DNA of 64,000 bases, taken from the IMG/VR virus record IMGVR_UViG_3300037541_000632, positions 1-64,000 of that record; one strand, written 5' to 3'. The stretch's first letter is position 1. Each line of letters opens with the position of its first letter. Below are positions 53,418 to 61,546 of this stretch, piece by piece. The notes under the pieces were generated by a model. That model made no database searches. It saw only the letters and a list, made by a program, of their open reading frames with translations, and was not told the origin of the DNA. The position numbers were made by a program, and so were the translations under genes. Source of the DNA: a virus.

Positions 53418-54389
53418 TTACCATTCACCGTAACCATACTCTGGATTGTATATGTCTTTAGCTCGCGGCTTCATCAAGTCAACACCTTGAGCTTGTAAGC
53501 CCTTCAGATAATTCATTTTAGCCTCATCCAGACGTGAGCCCTCGGTATAGTTACCCATGTATTGCCTGAATATTTGATTATAATCAGGCTGGGCAGCAGG
53601 AGGAGCAGCAGCAGGAGCAGCAGCAGGAGCAGCAGGAGGAGGAGGAGTGGAAGGCGGCGCAGCAGGTCGAAGTGCGGGCGGCTGACTGGAGGTGACCGGT
53701 GCAGGCATCGGTGCCGGTTGAGGAGTCAAAACAGGAGCGGGGCTGGGCAGGGCGGGAGTAGCAGTAGCTGCTGAGGTAGGGATCTGGTAAGGTTGAGGAG
53801 CGCCTCCTACACCCATAGCTCTATTAACACCATATGCGCCTAAAGCGCCAGCGCCTAAACCAACAGCCCCAGCTTGAACTAATGGATTCTTAGCTGCAGA
53901 TACTAAACCGCTACGAACGGCGGCGGCACTACTATTCAAACGATCGCGAGCGGCAGCAACGCCACTACTCAAACGATTACGAGCTGCAGCAGCGCCACCT
54001 CTTATGGCTTGTCCCGTGCCAGTCATAACCTGCCCAAGCCCTTGCCTAGCTAAACCTAATCCTGTAGGCATAGCTGCGACAGCAGCTGGAGCAACTGCAG
54101 CTAAAGCAGGAGCAGCCGCTGTTTGCGTTAAAAAGGAAGGCAAAGGTAAAACAGCAGGAGCCGCTGGAACAACATCAGGCACATTACGTAAAATAGGCTT
54201 CCGTGAAGTACGTTTAGGCGCACGTTGGGTAGTAATTTTGGGTTTTATTTTCCTGGCTGAGCTGGTGGATGTCCGCGCCAAATTTTTGGCCATCGCAATA
54301 CCTACGCGACCCGAACCTCCGCCAGCAGATTTAATTACGTACCCAGATAAAAAAAGTTTGTCTGAAAAATTCATAAAATAAGGTGACAT
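53418..54389 (-). CDS. Ala/Pro-rich protein with DKL..KxA leader
   Basis: DKLFLSGYVIKSA; may start at the second Met (54374). Confidence 0.7.
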   Translation of the reverse strand: MSPYFMNFSDKLFLSGYVIKSAGGGSGRVGIAMAKNLARTSTSSARKIKPKITTQRAPKRTSRKPILRNVPDVVPAAPAVLPLPSFLTQTAAAPALAAVAPAAVAAMPTGLGLARQGLGQVMTGTGQAIRGGAAAARNRLSSGVAAARDRLNSSAAAVRSGLVSAAKNPLVQAGAVGLGAGALGAYGVNRAMGVGGAPQPYQIPTSAATATPALPSPAPVLTPQPAPMPAPVTSSQPPALRPAAPPSTPPPPAAPAAAPAAAPPAAQPDYNQIFRQYMGNYTEGSRLDEAKMNYLKGLQAQGVDLMKPRAKDIYNPEYGYGEW

Positions 54390-54443
54390 AATAAAATGTA
54401 TTTTAGTTTACAAGTCAAGAAAATTTGCCTAACTAGCTTTAAT

Positions 54444-55130
54444 TTACGGTATAGCTGCGGGCATAGGTTTAGTTGCTTTTCTATGAAGTTCTAAAGCTTT
54501 TTGTAGGGCTGTATTTATGTCTTTAGAAGAAACTCGAGCAGCATTATTTCCTGTTCCGTGGTAGTATGACCGTTCGCCTTTAGCTGGAAGAGCTGCCCAC
54601 TCTTTAGCGAGGTTAATTCTCATTTGATCGGCATTAATTTTACCTGCTAAATAATCTTTAAAACCTCTTCTATCCATTAAACTTCTAGCGTAGGTATCCT
54701 GTGTGCCCTGATTAAACAAAGTTTTATTTAAATCATGTTTATGCTGCGCTGCCAGATTTCTTAAATTCTTATTGAGAATCTGATACCCACCTGCGGCAGT
54801 TCCACCATAAGTTTTCAATCTTTCTTTTTGTATATCAAGAACTTGCTGTAGCGTTTTACCAGTCAAACCAAATGGTTTATTACTGCCCACCATGGTGTCG
54901 TAACCGGCCACATTAGCTTCACCTCTTCTTATAACATCCAGTATAGGCTGATAATATGCGAATGAATTAACAGCCTGGTTATTAACAACAGGCTTAGCTT
55001 TAGTTATAGGAATAGCTTTAGGCGCTGGAGTAGTCGCTGTAGCAGGCAGTCCGGTTATCACAGAGGAATAAGAAGAGCGTGCTCGCTTTATAATAAACGA
55101 ACTTAAATTTAATTTGTCTAAACTATTCAT
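54444..55130 (-). CDS. lambda-R/GH104-like lysozyme (virion-associated) with DKL..KxA leader
   Basis: I..GE...Y...TAAGGYQIL...QD....L...LAKEWAALP. Confidence 0.8.
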   Translation of the reverse strand: MNSLDKLNLSSFIIKRARSSYSSVITGLPATATTPAPKAIPITKAKPVVNNQAVNSFAYYQPILDVIRRGEANVAGYDTMVGSNKPFGLTGKTLQQVLDIQKERLKTYGGTAAGGYQILNKNLRNLAAQHKHDLNKTLFNQGTQDTYARSLMDRRGFKDYLAGKINADQMRINLAKEWAALPAKGERSYYHGTGNNAARVSSKDINTALQKALELHRKATKPMPAAIP

Positions 55131-55131
55131 A

Positions 55132-55857
55132 TTAGTCTGGTAATTTTACAGTAAGTCCGTCAAGATCTTCAGGACTCATCCATTGATATTTCTTGGTTCT
55201 GCGATTAAAGAATTTCTGATACGGTTTACCGTCAGATCCAATTTTTGAGCCCCACGCCATTCTGGTATCAATTCCTATCTTTTCACTCTCCGGGCCTTCT
55301 AGGGTCGATACGAATCCAAACTGATCTGTCCTGATAGCCTGCATATCTTCAGTAATGGCATTATCAGTACCAATACCGCCCGGACCCATCTGGGTAGCTC
55401 TACGTGATTGCTCTAATAGATGTAGCGGATTAATTTCTTCCAAAGGCGAAGATAAAGGATTACCTATCAGGAACTTTTCCATATAGGAATCAAATGCAAA
55501 AGGACCCACAGCTTTAAGATTCTTATGCCGGGCAATTAGCGGCATCATTGATCCGCGCACTCTATCACTATCTAAACGCACACGTTCAGATAACAGACGA
55601 TCAGTAGTTAATATTCTTTTGAATAATAAACTATCTCGCTCATCAGGTTTATCCAGCCCACGATTAATAGCGAGAAGTTTTTGAGAGGCGGAAAGTAACC
55701 CCTTAACTCCTACAGGAACATACTCTTCTTCATCATCCGGAATACCGTTGTCGTTTGAATCGATTTTACGATTAGGCAGAATGGAGCGAACCTTAGCAAC
55801 AGCTGAAGCTTGCTTCTGCACCTTGGAAAGTATCTCATCTATTTGGGATTTATTCAT
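55132..55857 (-). CDS. RNA polymerase beta subunit fragment (fork / RpoB domain 3 region)
   Basis: EINPL..LEQSRR.T.MGPGGI...QFGFV...EGPESEKIG aligns to RpoB NPLSE..HKRR...LGPGG...YGR.C..ETPEG.NIG. Confidence 0.85.
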   Translation of the reverse strand: MNKSQIDEILSKVQKQASAVAKVRSILPNRKIDSNDNGIPDDEEEYVPVGVKGLLSASQKLLAINRGLDKPDERDSLLFKRILTTDRLLSERVRLDSDRVRGSMMPLIARHKNLKAVGPFAFDSYMEKFLIGNPLSSPLEEINPLHLLEQSRRATQMGPGGIGTDNAITEDMQAIRTDQFGFVSTLEGPESEKIGIDTRMAWGSKIGSDGKPYQKFFNRRTKKYQWMSPEDLDGLTVKLPD

Positions 55858-57056
55858 TAGCTCTCATAGCCTCCCGTATATTTCTTAGTGAGATGTGCAG
55901 CGCCTGGAGATAACGCAAGTGCCGCGTAAGTTGGCAAACCAACAAAAGGAGAAAGTCTTTGAAGCTTGGTTAGTTTACCTTTAGCTAATCTATTGAGTAA
56001 ATTGGAACCACGCACAGAAGCATCTAATTCAGATGCTAATAAAGGCGAGGCTAATAAAGGCGAAGCTAATGCGGTGTTTCTACCTACTTCTTCGTTTTTA
56101 GTATGAATAATATTACCTGTAGCTAATGCTGGAGCCAGCATTGATAACTGGCGAGTTAAAGGTTTAGTATATATTTTTGGTCCCATCGCGTGGCCCATTT
56201 CGTGCGCTAAGATACCAGGACGAAGTGCCCCTTTGACGCCTCGCATATTATCTGAATAATAAAACGAATCAGGATCTATAATAAAACCTTTGGCTTTGTC
56301 TTTACCCACGTCAGCGCCTGACAATTTTTTAATTAATCTAGAAATTAAAGAGTCGTTGTTATCAGTGTAAGCAGGTCCAGAAAATAAAGATCTGGTAAGT
56401 GTTTCTCCGACTGGGCCTAAATCCGGTTTTTTTATTCTATACGTGCCGTCAAAATTAGGATCAACTATTTTTATTTTTTTACTTCTTAAAAATCTGTTGA
56501 AAAGACCATCTACCTCAGGACTAAGTGGCGGTGCAATATCTTTAAAAATCTTGGGAACCGCATGATTAAAATAAAGAGATCCAAAAAAAGGTGGTATCAT
56601 CGCGCTTATGCTGGCCGCTATATTAGCTCTAGACGCGTCTGATGAATCTTTAGGAGCGGTGCTGGCACTTTTATCTTGTAAAGATCTTCGTGTCATTTCT
56701 CCACTAACAATAGCTTGAGTTACTGGAATAGAAAGTCCCGCAGCAAGAAAAGCCTTGGCTTTAGGACCTAATATAGACACACCCGTTCTACCTATAAGCT
56801 GAGCCAGGTTACTTCTGAATTTTGCGCCAGGAAGCATGCCTGGTAATTTATGCCCTTGGGAAGCGATAGCCCCTGCAATTCCAAAAGGAATTAATTTAGA
56901 ATAGCCATGCGAGTCTCCCCTCAACGCAGCATCATAGGCGTTAGTAAGAGAATTTTGACCAAATGCTTTCCTTTTAAGAGACCACAATTCATTATTATAA
57001 AAAGGAGAAGACAATAATAAATAATCAGATAAATTAAAATCTTTACTTTCTTGCAT
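55857..57056 (-). CDS. membrane-associated HExxH zinc metallopeptidase-like protein
   Basis: LAHEMGHA...ELDAS.RG...TY; hydrophobic segments. Confidence 0.7.
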   Translation of the reverse strand: MQESKDFNLSDYLLLSSPFYNNELWSLKRKAFGQNSLTNAYDAALRGDSHGYSKLIPFGIAGAIASQGHKLPGMLPGAKFRSNLAQLIGRTGVSILGPKAKAFLAAGLSIPVTQAIVSGEMTRRSLQDKSASTAPKDSSDASRANIAASISAMIPPFFGSLYFNHAVPKIFKDIAPPLSPEVDGLFNRFLRSKKIKIVDPNFDGTYRIKKPDLGPVGETLTRSLFSGPAYTDNNDSLISRLIKKLSGADVGKDKAKGFIIDPDSFYYSDNMRGVKGALRPGILAHEMGHAMGPKIYTKPLTRQLSMLAPALATGNIIHTKNEEVGRNTALASPLLASPLLASELDASVRGSNLLNRLAKGKLTKLQRLSPFVGLPTYAALALSPGAAHLTKKYTGGYES

Positions 57057-57061
57057 ATATG

Positions 57062-57787
57062 TTATTCATTTGATTTATGATACTTATTCCAAGCGTCTTC
57101 TTTATAATTTTCCATAGCTTCAGCTAATTGTCCACGCACTTCTTCGTCTTCAATCATTTTCAGAGGATCGATAGCCCAGTTACGTAAAGCGAAAGCACGA
57201 CGCGGAGTTGGATTCTTTTTAAACTGAGAACCATGTCTAGCTTTAAAAGACTTCCACCGTTTAATCTGTCTATCGTCATCTTCAGATCTACGGCCAGCTT
57301 TGTACTGCTCGTACCATTGCAACCAGCCCATAGGATCGACATCACTTTTGATCCATTCAGAAGGCCACTTATCCATGGATGCTAACCGGGGACCGTAGTG
57401 ACCGTAGATAGCATTGTAAGCATCCTGAATTTCTTCAGGTTTATAGTCAGGAATAAAATCAGATTCTGCCGCTTCTTTTTTATACTTATTCACTGACTTT
57501 TCTTTTTTTAATTTATGCTCGTAAGGGTTATCCAAATTATCTATGTCTTCAGCATCTAATTCCAATTCATAAATAGTAGGCTCTCCTTTTGGTTCTTTTT
57601 TCCATTTTGGTTCAGTCCCAAGATAATGCACTTCTTCTAAATCGGAGTCATCCCAGGTTTTACCAGTATCTTCATGGTACAAACCCATCAATCTAGCAAT
57701 AGCCATGTCAGGAGTAATATATGATCCCTCTCTTAACACTTCTATATCTTTATATGGCGAACCATGGTAATACTTTTTTTTATTCAT
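57062..57787 (-). CDS. two-domain protein: ADP-ribosyltransferase-like N-terminus plus DP.GW.QWY domain
   Basis: YYHGS...Y.TP....A; KEAA linker; DPMGWLQWY...GRR..DD.RQIKRW. Confidence 0.55.
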   Translation of the reverse strand: MNKKKYYHGSPYKDIEVLREGSYITPDMAIARLMGLYHEDTGKTWDDSDLEEVHYLGTEPKWKKEPKGEPTIYELELDAEDIDNLDNPYEHKLKKEKSVNKYKKEAAESDFIPDYKPEEIQDAYNAIYGHYGPRLASMDKWPSEWIKSDVDPMGWLQWYEQYKAGRRSEDDDRQIKRWKSFKARHGSQFKKNPTPRRAFALRNWAIDPLKMIEDEEVRGQLAEAMENYKEDAWNKYHKSNE

Positions 57788-58979
57788 AGTCTAAATCCTC
57801 CTGGTATACGCGCTTTACATTTTTAGGAATTACTTCCCGAGGAACATGGATTCTAAATCCTGTAGGCATGTGTGTAATACCAGACATACGCCCATCCTGA
57901 TCAACAATAAATTCATCAGGATACCTAGCCAAGGCTGCAGCCATAATAGCTGTCTTCTTTTTGTACTCTTCTTTAGCTTGCGCGCTATGCGTTCTAGCCT
58001 GCATTAACGCATGCATATCTGCAGCAGATTTAATACCTTCGTCTTCGTCAAAATAATTATCGTAAACATGCGCAGGTTCAAAATCAGGATTAAAAGGCAT
58101 TTCATCAATAACTTTTTCAGCTGCTTGTTTACCCTGCCATTGCGCTTCCCACTGCGAGGCTATCTTTGGATCAAACATGTTAGGCAGATTCTTCTGCGCT
58201 ACCCGAGCATGAATCTGTGCCGCTTCTAAGGCGTTACGAACAGACGTCATTTTATCTTCTCTTGATTTATCCAATTTCTTTTGACGTGCCGGAACAAGAC
58301 GGTCATATGCTTTATCAAATACACGCGCGTCGTACTTCATTTGATTCGCACGAAAGATTTCAGGACCCCAGGACTTTTCCAGTTCCTTATCACTTGTGCC
58401 TAAATCTTTTAGAAGACTGTACAGGTGCAAATTAGCTTGAGAAATCTTCACTCTATACTGTGTAGTCTCAGGTTCAAAACCAACACGGAAACCAATACCC
58501 GTACCAGGTTTAACATTGAACTGAGTTTCTAATTCTCCGTTAGCCTGTCTACGAGTGTAGACCCCGGGAAGAAGGCGTGATTGCATAATAGATGCGTACT
58601 CATTACCTCCATGAATAAATGTACCCCTGTTAGTAAGGTAAGGTACCTTCATTAATGATATGCGTTTCTCTTCTAACAACTGATCATTAGTGTTATCAAA
58701 TAATTTTATTGTACCTCTTAATTTTTTAGTTATGTATTTATTTTCAAGCAGGTTTTTCTTCTGTTCTGATACAGGCACATCTTCTCTATCGTCGTAGTCT
58801 ACATCTTGTAATTCCATTCTTACATTTCCATAATTAACAGGAAATGATTTGATCATGGAATTTTTTACACCATCAAAAATTTGATTGCGTAATGTAGTGA
58901 AGTCATCAAAGTCGCGAAGTATAACGCCTTTTGGTAATTCTTCTTCTGGCTCAATATTTTGCTGCATATGGTGAAACAT
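57780..58979 (-). CDS. RNA polymerase beta subunit N-terminal fragment with C-terminal appended module
   Basis: VPYLT.RGTFI.GG.EY...Q.R..PGVY aligns to RpoB P.MT..GTFIING.ERV..SQL.RSPG. Confidence 0.8.
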   Translation of the reverse strand: MFHHMQQNIEPEEELPKGVILRDFDDFTTLRNQIFDGVKNSMIKSFPVNYGNVRMELQDVDYDDREDVPVSEQKKNLLENKYITKKLRGTIKLFDNTNDQLLEEKRISLMKVPYLTNRGTFIHGGNEYASIMQSRLLPGVYTRRQANGELETQFNVKPGTGIGFRVGFEPETTQYRVKISQANLHLYSLLKDLGTSDKELEKSWGPEIFRANQMKYDARVFDKAYDRLVPARQKKLDKSREDKMTSVRNALEAAQIHARVAQKNLPNMFDPKIASQWEAQWQGKQAAEKVIDEMPFNPDFEPAHVYDNYFDEDEGIKSAADMHALMQARTHSAQAKEEYKKKTAIMAAALARYPDEFIVDQDGRMSGITHMPTGFRIHVPREVIPKNVKRVYQEDLDYE

Positions 58980-59077
58980 AATTTACTTGATAACTAAAAA
59001 AAAGCAAAACTTGATAGGTAAAAAAGAGACCCTAAGATCTCTCTCCGGCGTTATGGTGCCGGTACCCTTTGGTTATT

Positions 59078-59278
59078 TTATTTTTTCTTGCGACTACTAG
59101 TAAGTGCGTACGCAACACCGATGCTATAGAACAGCACCGCTCCGCCCAGTACACATATGAGCTGACGCTGCCAAAAGGCAACTGCCTGCTCATGGGTGAT
59201 GCCGACCGCCAAGGCGTTATGGTACGCCATTACGTACACTAAGACAATCAACGACAAGAATAATATTACGTATTTCAT
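59078..59278 (-). CDS. small two-TM membrane protein (putative early gene)
   Basis: Two hydrophobic helices, basic tail; downstream of the promoter-like motif. Confidence 0.6.
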   Translation of the reverse strand: MKYVILFLSLIVLVYVMAYHNALAVGITHEQAVAFWQRQLICVLGGAVLFYSIGVAYALTSSRKKK

Positions 59279-59332
59279 ATGTTATGTGTGTTAATTAGAG
59301 AACCCCAAATAATAGATTATTAACTAGGGGTT

Positions 59333-59367
59333 ACAATTATATATAGCACAATACGAATGGCTATTGC
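59333..59367 (-). promoter_or_regulatory. conserved phage promoter-like motif, copy 3
   Basis: GCAATA-N10-TTGTGCTATATATAATTGT. Confidence 0.65.
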
Positions 59368-59375
59368 ATACGAGG

Positions 59376-59420
59376 CTGATAGGTAAAAAAGAGGCGCGGT
59401 AGTTATCCGCGATCTCTTTA
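59376..59420 (-). terminator. terminator with TTTTTTACCTATCAG tail
   Basis: GAG..CGCGG/CCGCG.CTC hairpin then T-tract. Confidence 0.6.
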
Positions 59421-59426
59421 ATAATA

Positions 59427-60344
59427 CTAAACTCCCATGAGTTCAGCATCGAATCGACCTGTAGCTAACGGCAGCATCCGTTCGTACAAGTCAGGATCCA
59501 GCGTGCTGAATCCCAAGTCTCCTTTGACGAAGACATTACGATAAACCTCTTGTGGTCTATCGCTGCTGATGTCCTCAACAGGTTCTTCCGTAGATGCTTT
59601 ATACATGAGCCCCACCTCAGTTACACCGAGGTAGCTGAGCATGTCACGAAGGGCATTCGTCCAATTTTGAGGATAGTCTTTTAGGACTACCTCCTCCTCG
59701 TTTGAGGAGATCATCGGAATAGGCAGGGCATACCCTAGGGTTGCCTCACCCTTACGCCCCAAATCAAGCATGACTCGTTGCCAAGGCCGTGGAAGCTCCT
59801 TGGTTGTCTTGTCTGCTCGACAGACCAACTCAATAGGACACCCCTCATGGAGTGTCGCTTGAGAGAAACTGTCATGAAAAGCTCGAGCTGTAAAGGAGCG
59901 GCTTTCATAATTACCCGAATTGGCTGTAATCATAGGCGCATGGCCTAGGGTTACACGATGAACTCCACCAGGAAAGCGGAGTCCAGATGCTTGCCCCTTT
60001 ACAGGGCTGCTGTTCTCCCAGTCCTGAATTTCAGGATGAGAACCCAGCTTACCGTCACCACCTCTTATCATATACCTGCCGTCCAAAACGTACGCAGATA
60101 CAATGCTCAGTGTTACGTCTTCCGTTATAGCCTTCCACCTAGCGCCTGCGCGCTGCCAGAATGGAAGGAACTGTCCCGGTTGGAGGTACGCTTTACCATT
60201 CTGGGTCGGAAAACTCAACCCAAAGTTAGCCCAGCACTCTTGCTGAGCTTTGTCATCTGCCATCATAGGACTGTGCTCAAGCACGGTCTCTATTATCGTT
60301 TGCGCTATGTTTGGCGCTTGTGCTGTTGTTGTTTTTGTCATCAT
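59427..60344 (-). CDS. hypothetical protein (putative early gene)
   Basis: About 305 aa, visibly more GC-rich; likely start MMTK. Confidence 0.7.
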   Translation of the reverse strand: MMTKTTTAQAPNIAQTIIETVLEHSPMMADDKAQQECWANFGLSFPTQNGKAYLQPGQFLPFWQRAGARWKAITEDVTLSIVSAYVLDGRYMIRGGDGKLGSHPEIQDWENSSPVKGQASGLRFPGGVHRVTLGHAPMITANSGNYESRSFTARAFHDSFSQATLHEGCPIELVCRADKTTKELPRPWQRVMLDLGRKGEATLGYALPIPMISSNEEEVVLKDYPQNWTNALRDMLSYLGVTEVGLMYKASTEEPVEDISSDRPQEVYRNVFVKGDLGFSTLDPDLYERMLPLATGRFDAELMGV

Positions 60345-60510
60345 GGCTATTTTCTTTTTTGTTAACTGCAAACCATATTGAGCCTACAGTTAAAATTGGT
60401 ATTACTGGCCAAGCTAAACTAATTAAGCTGACCATAGAAATTACAACGGGTGCAGCTACTGCAAGAGTAACTGCACCCGTGGCGGTGTTGATAATATGTG
60501 AACGGTCCAC
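60277..60510 (-). CDS. small membrane protein
   Basis: Long hydrophobic stretch; GTG start abuts the promoter-like motif. Confidence 0.4.
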   Translation of the reverse strand: MDRSHIINTATGAVTLAVAAPVVISMVSLISLAWPVIPILTVGSIWFAVNKKENSHDDKNNNSTSAKHSANDNRDRA

Positions 60511-60543
60511 AATTATTTATAACACAACAAGAAGTTGTATTGC
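60509..60543 (-). promoter_or_regulatory. conserved phage promoter-like motif, copy 4
   Basis: GCAATA-N10-TTGTGTTATAAATAATTGT. Confidence 0.65.
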
Positions 60544-60546
60544 AAA

Positions 60547-61137
60547 TTAATTACGGGCAGTAGAAACAACGGAAATCTGATTACCGGATACATTCAAAAC
60601 TTCAAATCCTCCAGGCAAAGTGTCACCTGTGGATACAGATGTCACAGCATCAAGAGAATTAATAAGCTTCAAGATTTTAGCTTTGTTAACACCAGCAGGA
60701 CATTGCGTAACTTCTACACCGCCTGTCTTGCTGTTAACTTTCAAAACAATGTCTTCTTTTCCTTGCAGATTGTCAGGGAGCACTGCTTTGCTAGCATAAT
60801 AAGTTTTAGGAATAACATCAATATCGATGACCTTATCCTCACTATCTTGAATAATTACAAAATCATTATGAAGTCTAGAATCAAGGCCGTCGCGAACTTT
60901 GCCGGGGGTTTGTCTGCCTTCGCATCTTTTCCAGACATCAAATGTGCAAACTTGTTTTACCTCGCGGTAATTATTTGAAACAAATTTGCATAAATATTTA
61001 TGATTATCTCCGCCTTCAGGGTCTGCCTCAACAAGAGGAGGCTTCATGCTAAATGCTTCTGTTTTCTTGATACGCTCACGCTTTGGTTTAATCAAAGCAC
61101 CTGGTGCTGCTATACTGGATACTGTGGTGTTACTCAT
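60547..61137 (-). CDS. hypothetical protein
   Basis: 196 aa; ATGA overlap with the upstream gene. Confidence 0.7.
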   Translation of the reverse strand: MSNTTVSSIAAPGALIKPKRERIKKTEAFSMKPPLVEADPEGGDNHKYLCKFVSNNYREVKQVCTFDVWKRCEGRQTPGKVRDGLDSRLHNDFVIIQDSEDKVIDIDVIPKTYYASKAVLPDNLQGKEDIVLKVNSKTGGVEVTQCPAGVNKAKILKLINSLDAVTSVSTGDTLPGGFEVLNVSGNQISVVSTARN

Positions 61138-61544
61138 ATAAGTCCTTTTTGTTTTCGTTGAAGATAAATAATTTTTTCTATCAAGTCAGCTTTCAATAAG
61201 CCAGGAGTGCAGTTAGGGCAAGTTTGAATATGATAAGAATGTTTTTTTTCAAATACAAAACCATCCTTATCTTTATGAGGATCTAACCAACCCATAACCA
61301 TCTTACACTTACAGCATACAACTTTTGAGCACTCAACATATGTACCAGCACAAAGCTTACAAAGCGGCTCCATCACGTTATTGACAACGCCGGAATTGTA
61401 AATTTTAAAATCGGTAAAATGTTTCTGTCTGCCGCAGGCCACACAAGGAGAATGTGTAGTAGAAGTTATGACTTCAGTAGGAGGCGGTAGGCTACTCAAT
61501 AGCCTAAATGCTTGTTGTGCTGCTGCAGGTAATTCCTGATTCAT
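61134..61544 (-). CDS. zinc-finger protein
   Basis: Four CxxC pairs. Confidence 0.7.
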   Translation of the reverse strand: MNQELPAAAQQAFRLLSSLPPPTEVITSTTHSPCVACGRQKHFTDFKIYNSGVVNNVMEPLCKLCAGTYVECSKVVCCKCKMVMGWLDPHKDKDGFVFEKKHSYHIQTCPNCTPGLLKADLIEKIIYLQRKQKGLI

Positions 61545-61546
61545 AT

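Noticed and set aside
53590-53660. GCAGGAGCA short tandem repeat
   Set aside because: Simply encodes the PAAA/PPP linker of the Ala/Pro-rich protein.
55857-57787. Intron or intein interrupting the RNAP beta gene
   Set aside because: Intervening ORFs are not homing endonucleases, are tightly packed with no room for ribozyme structure, and each beta fragment has its own start and stop.
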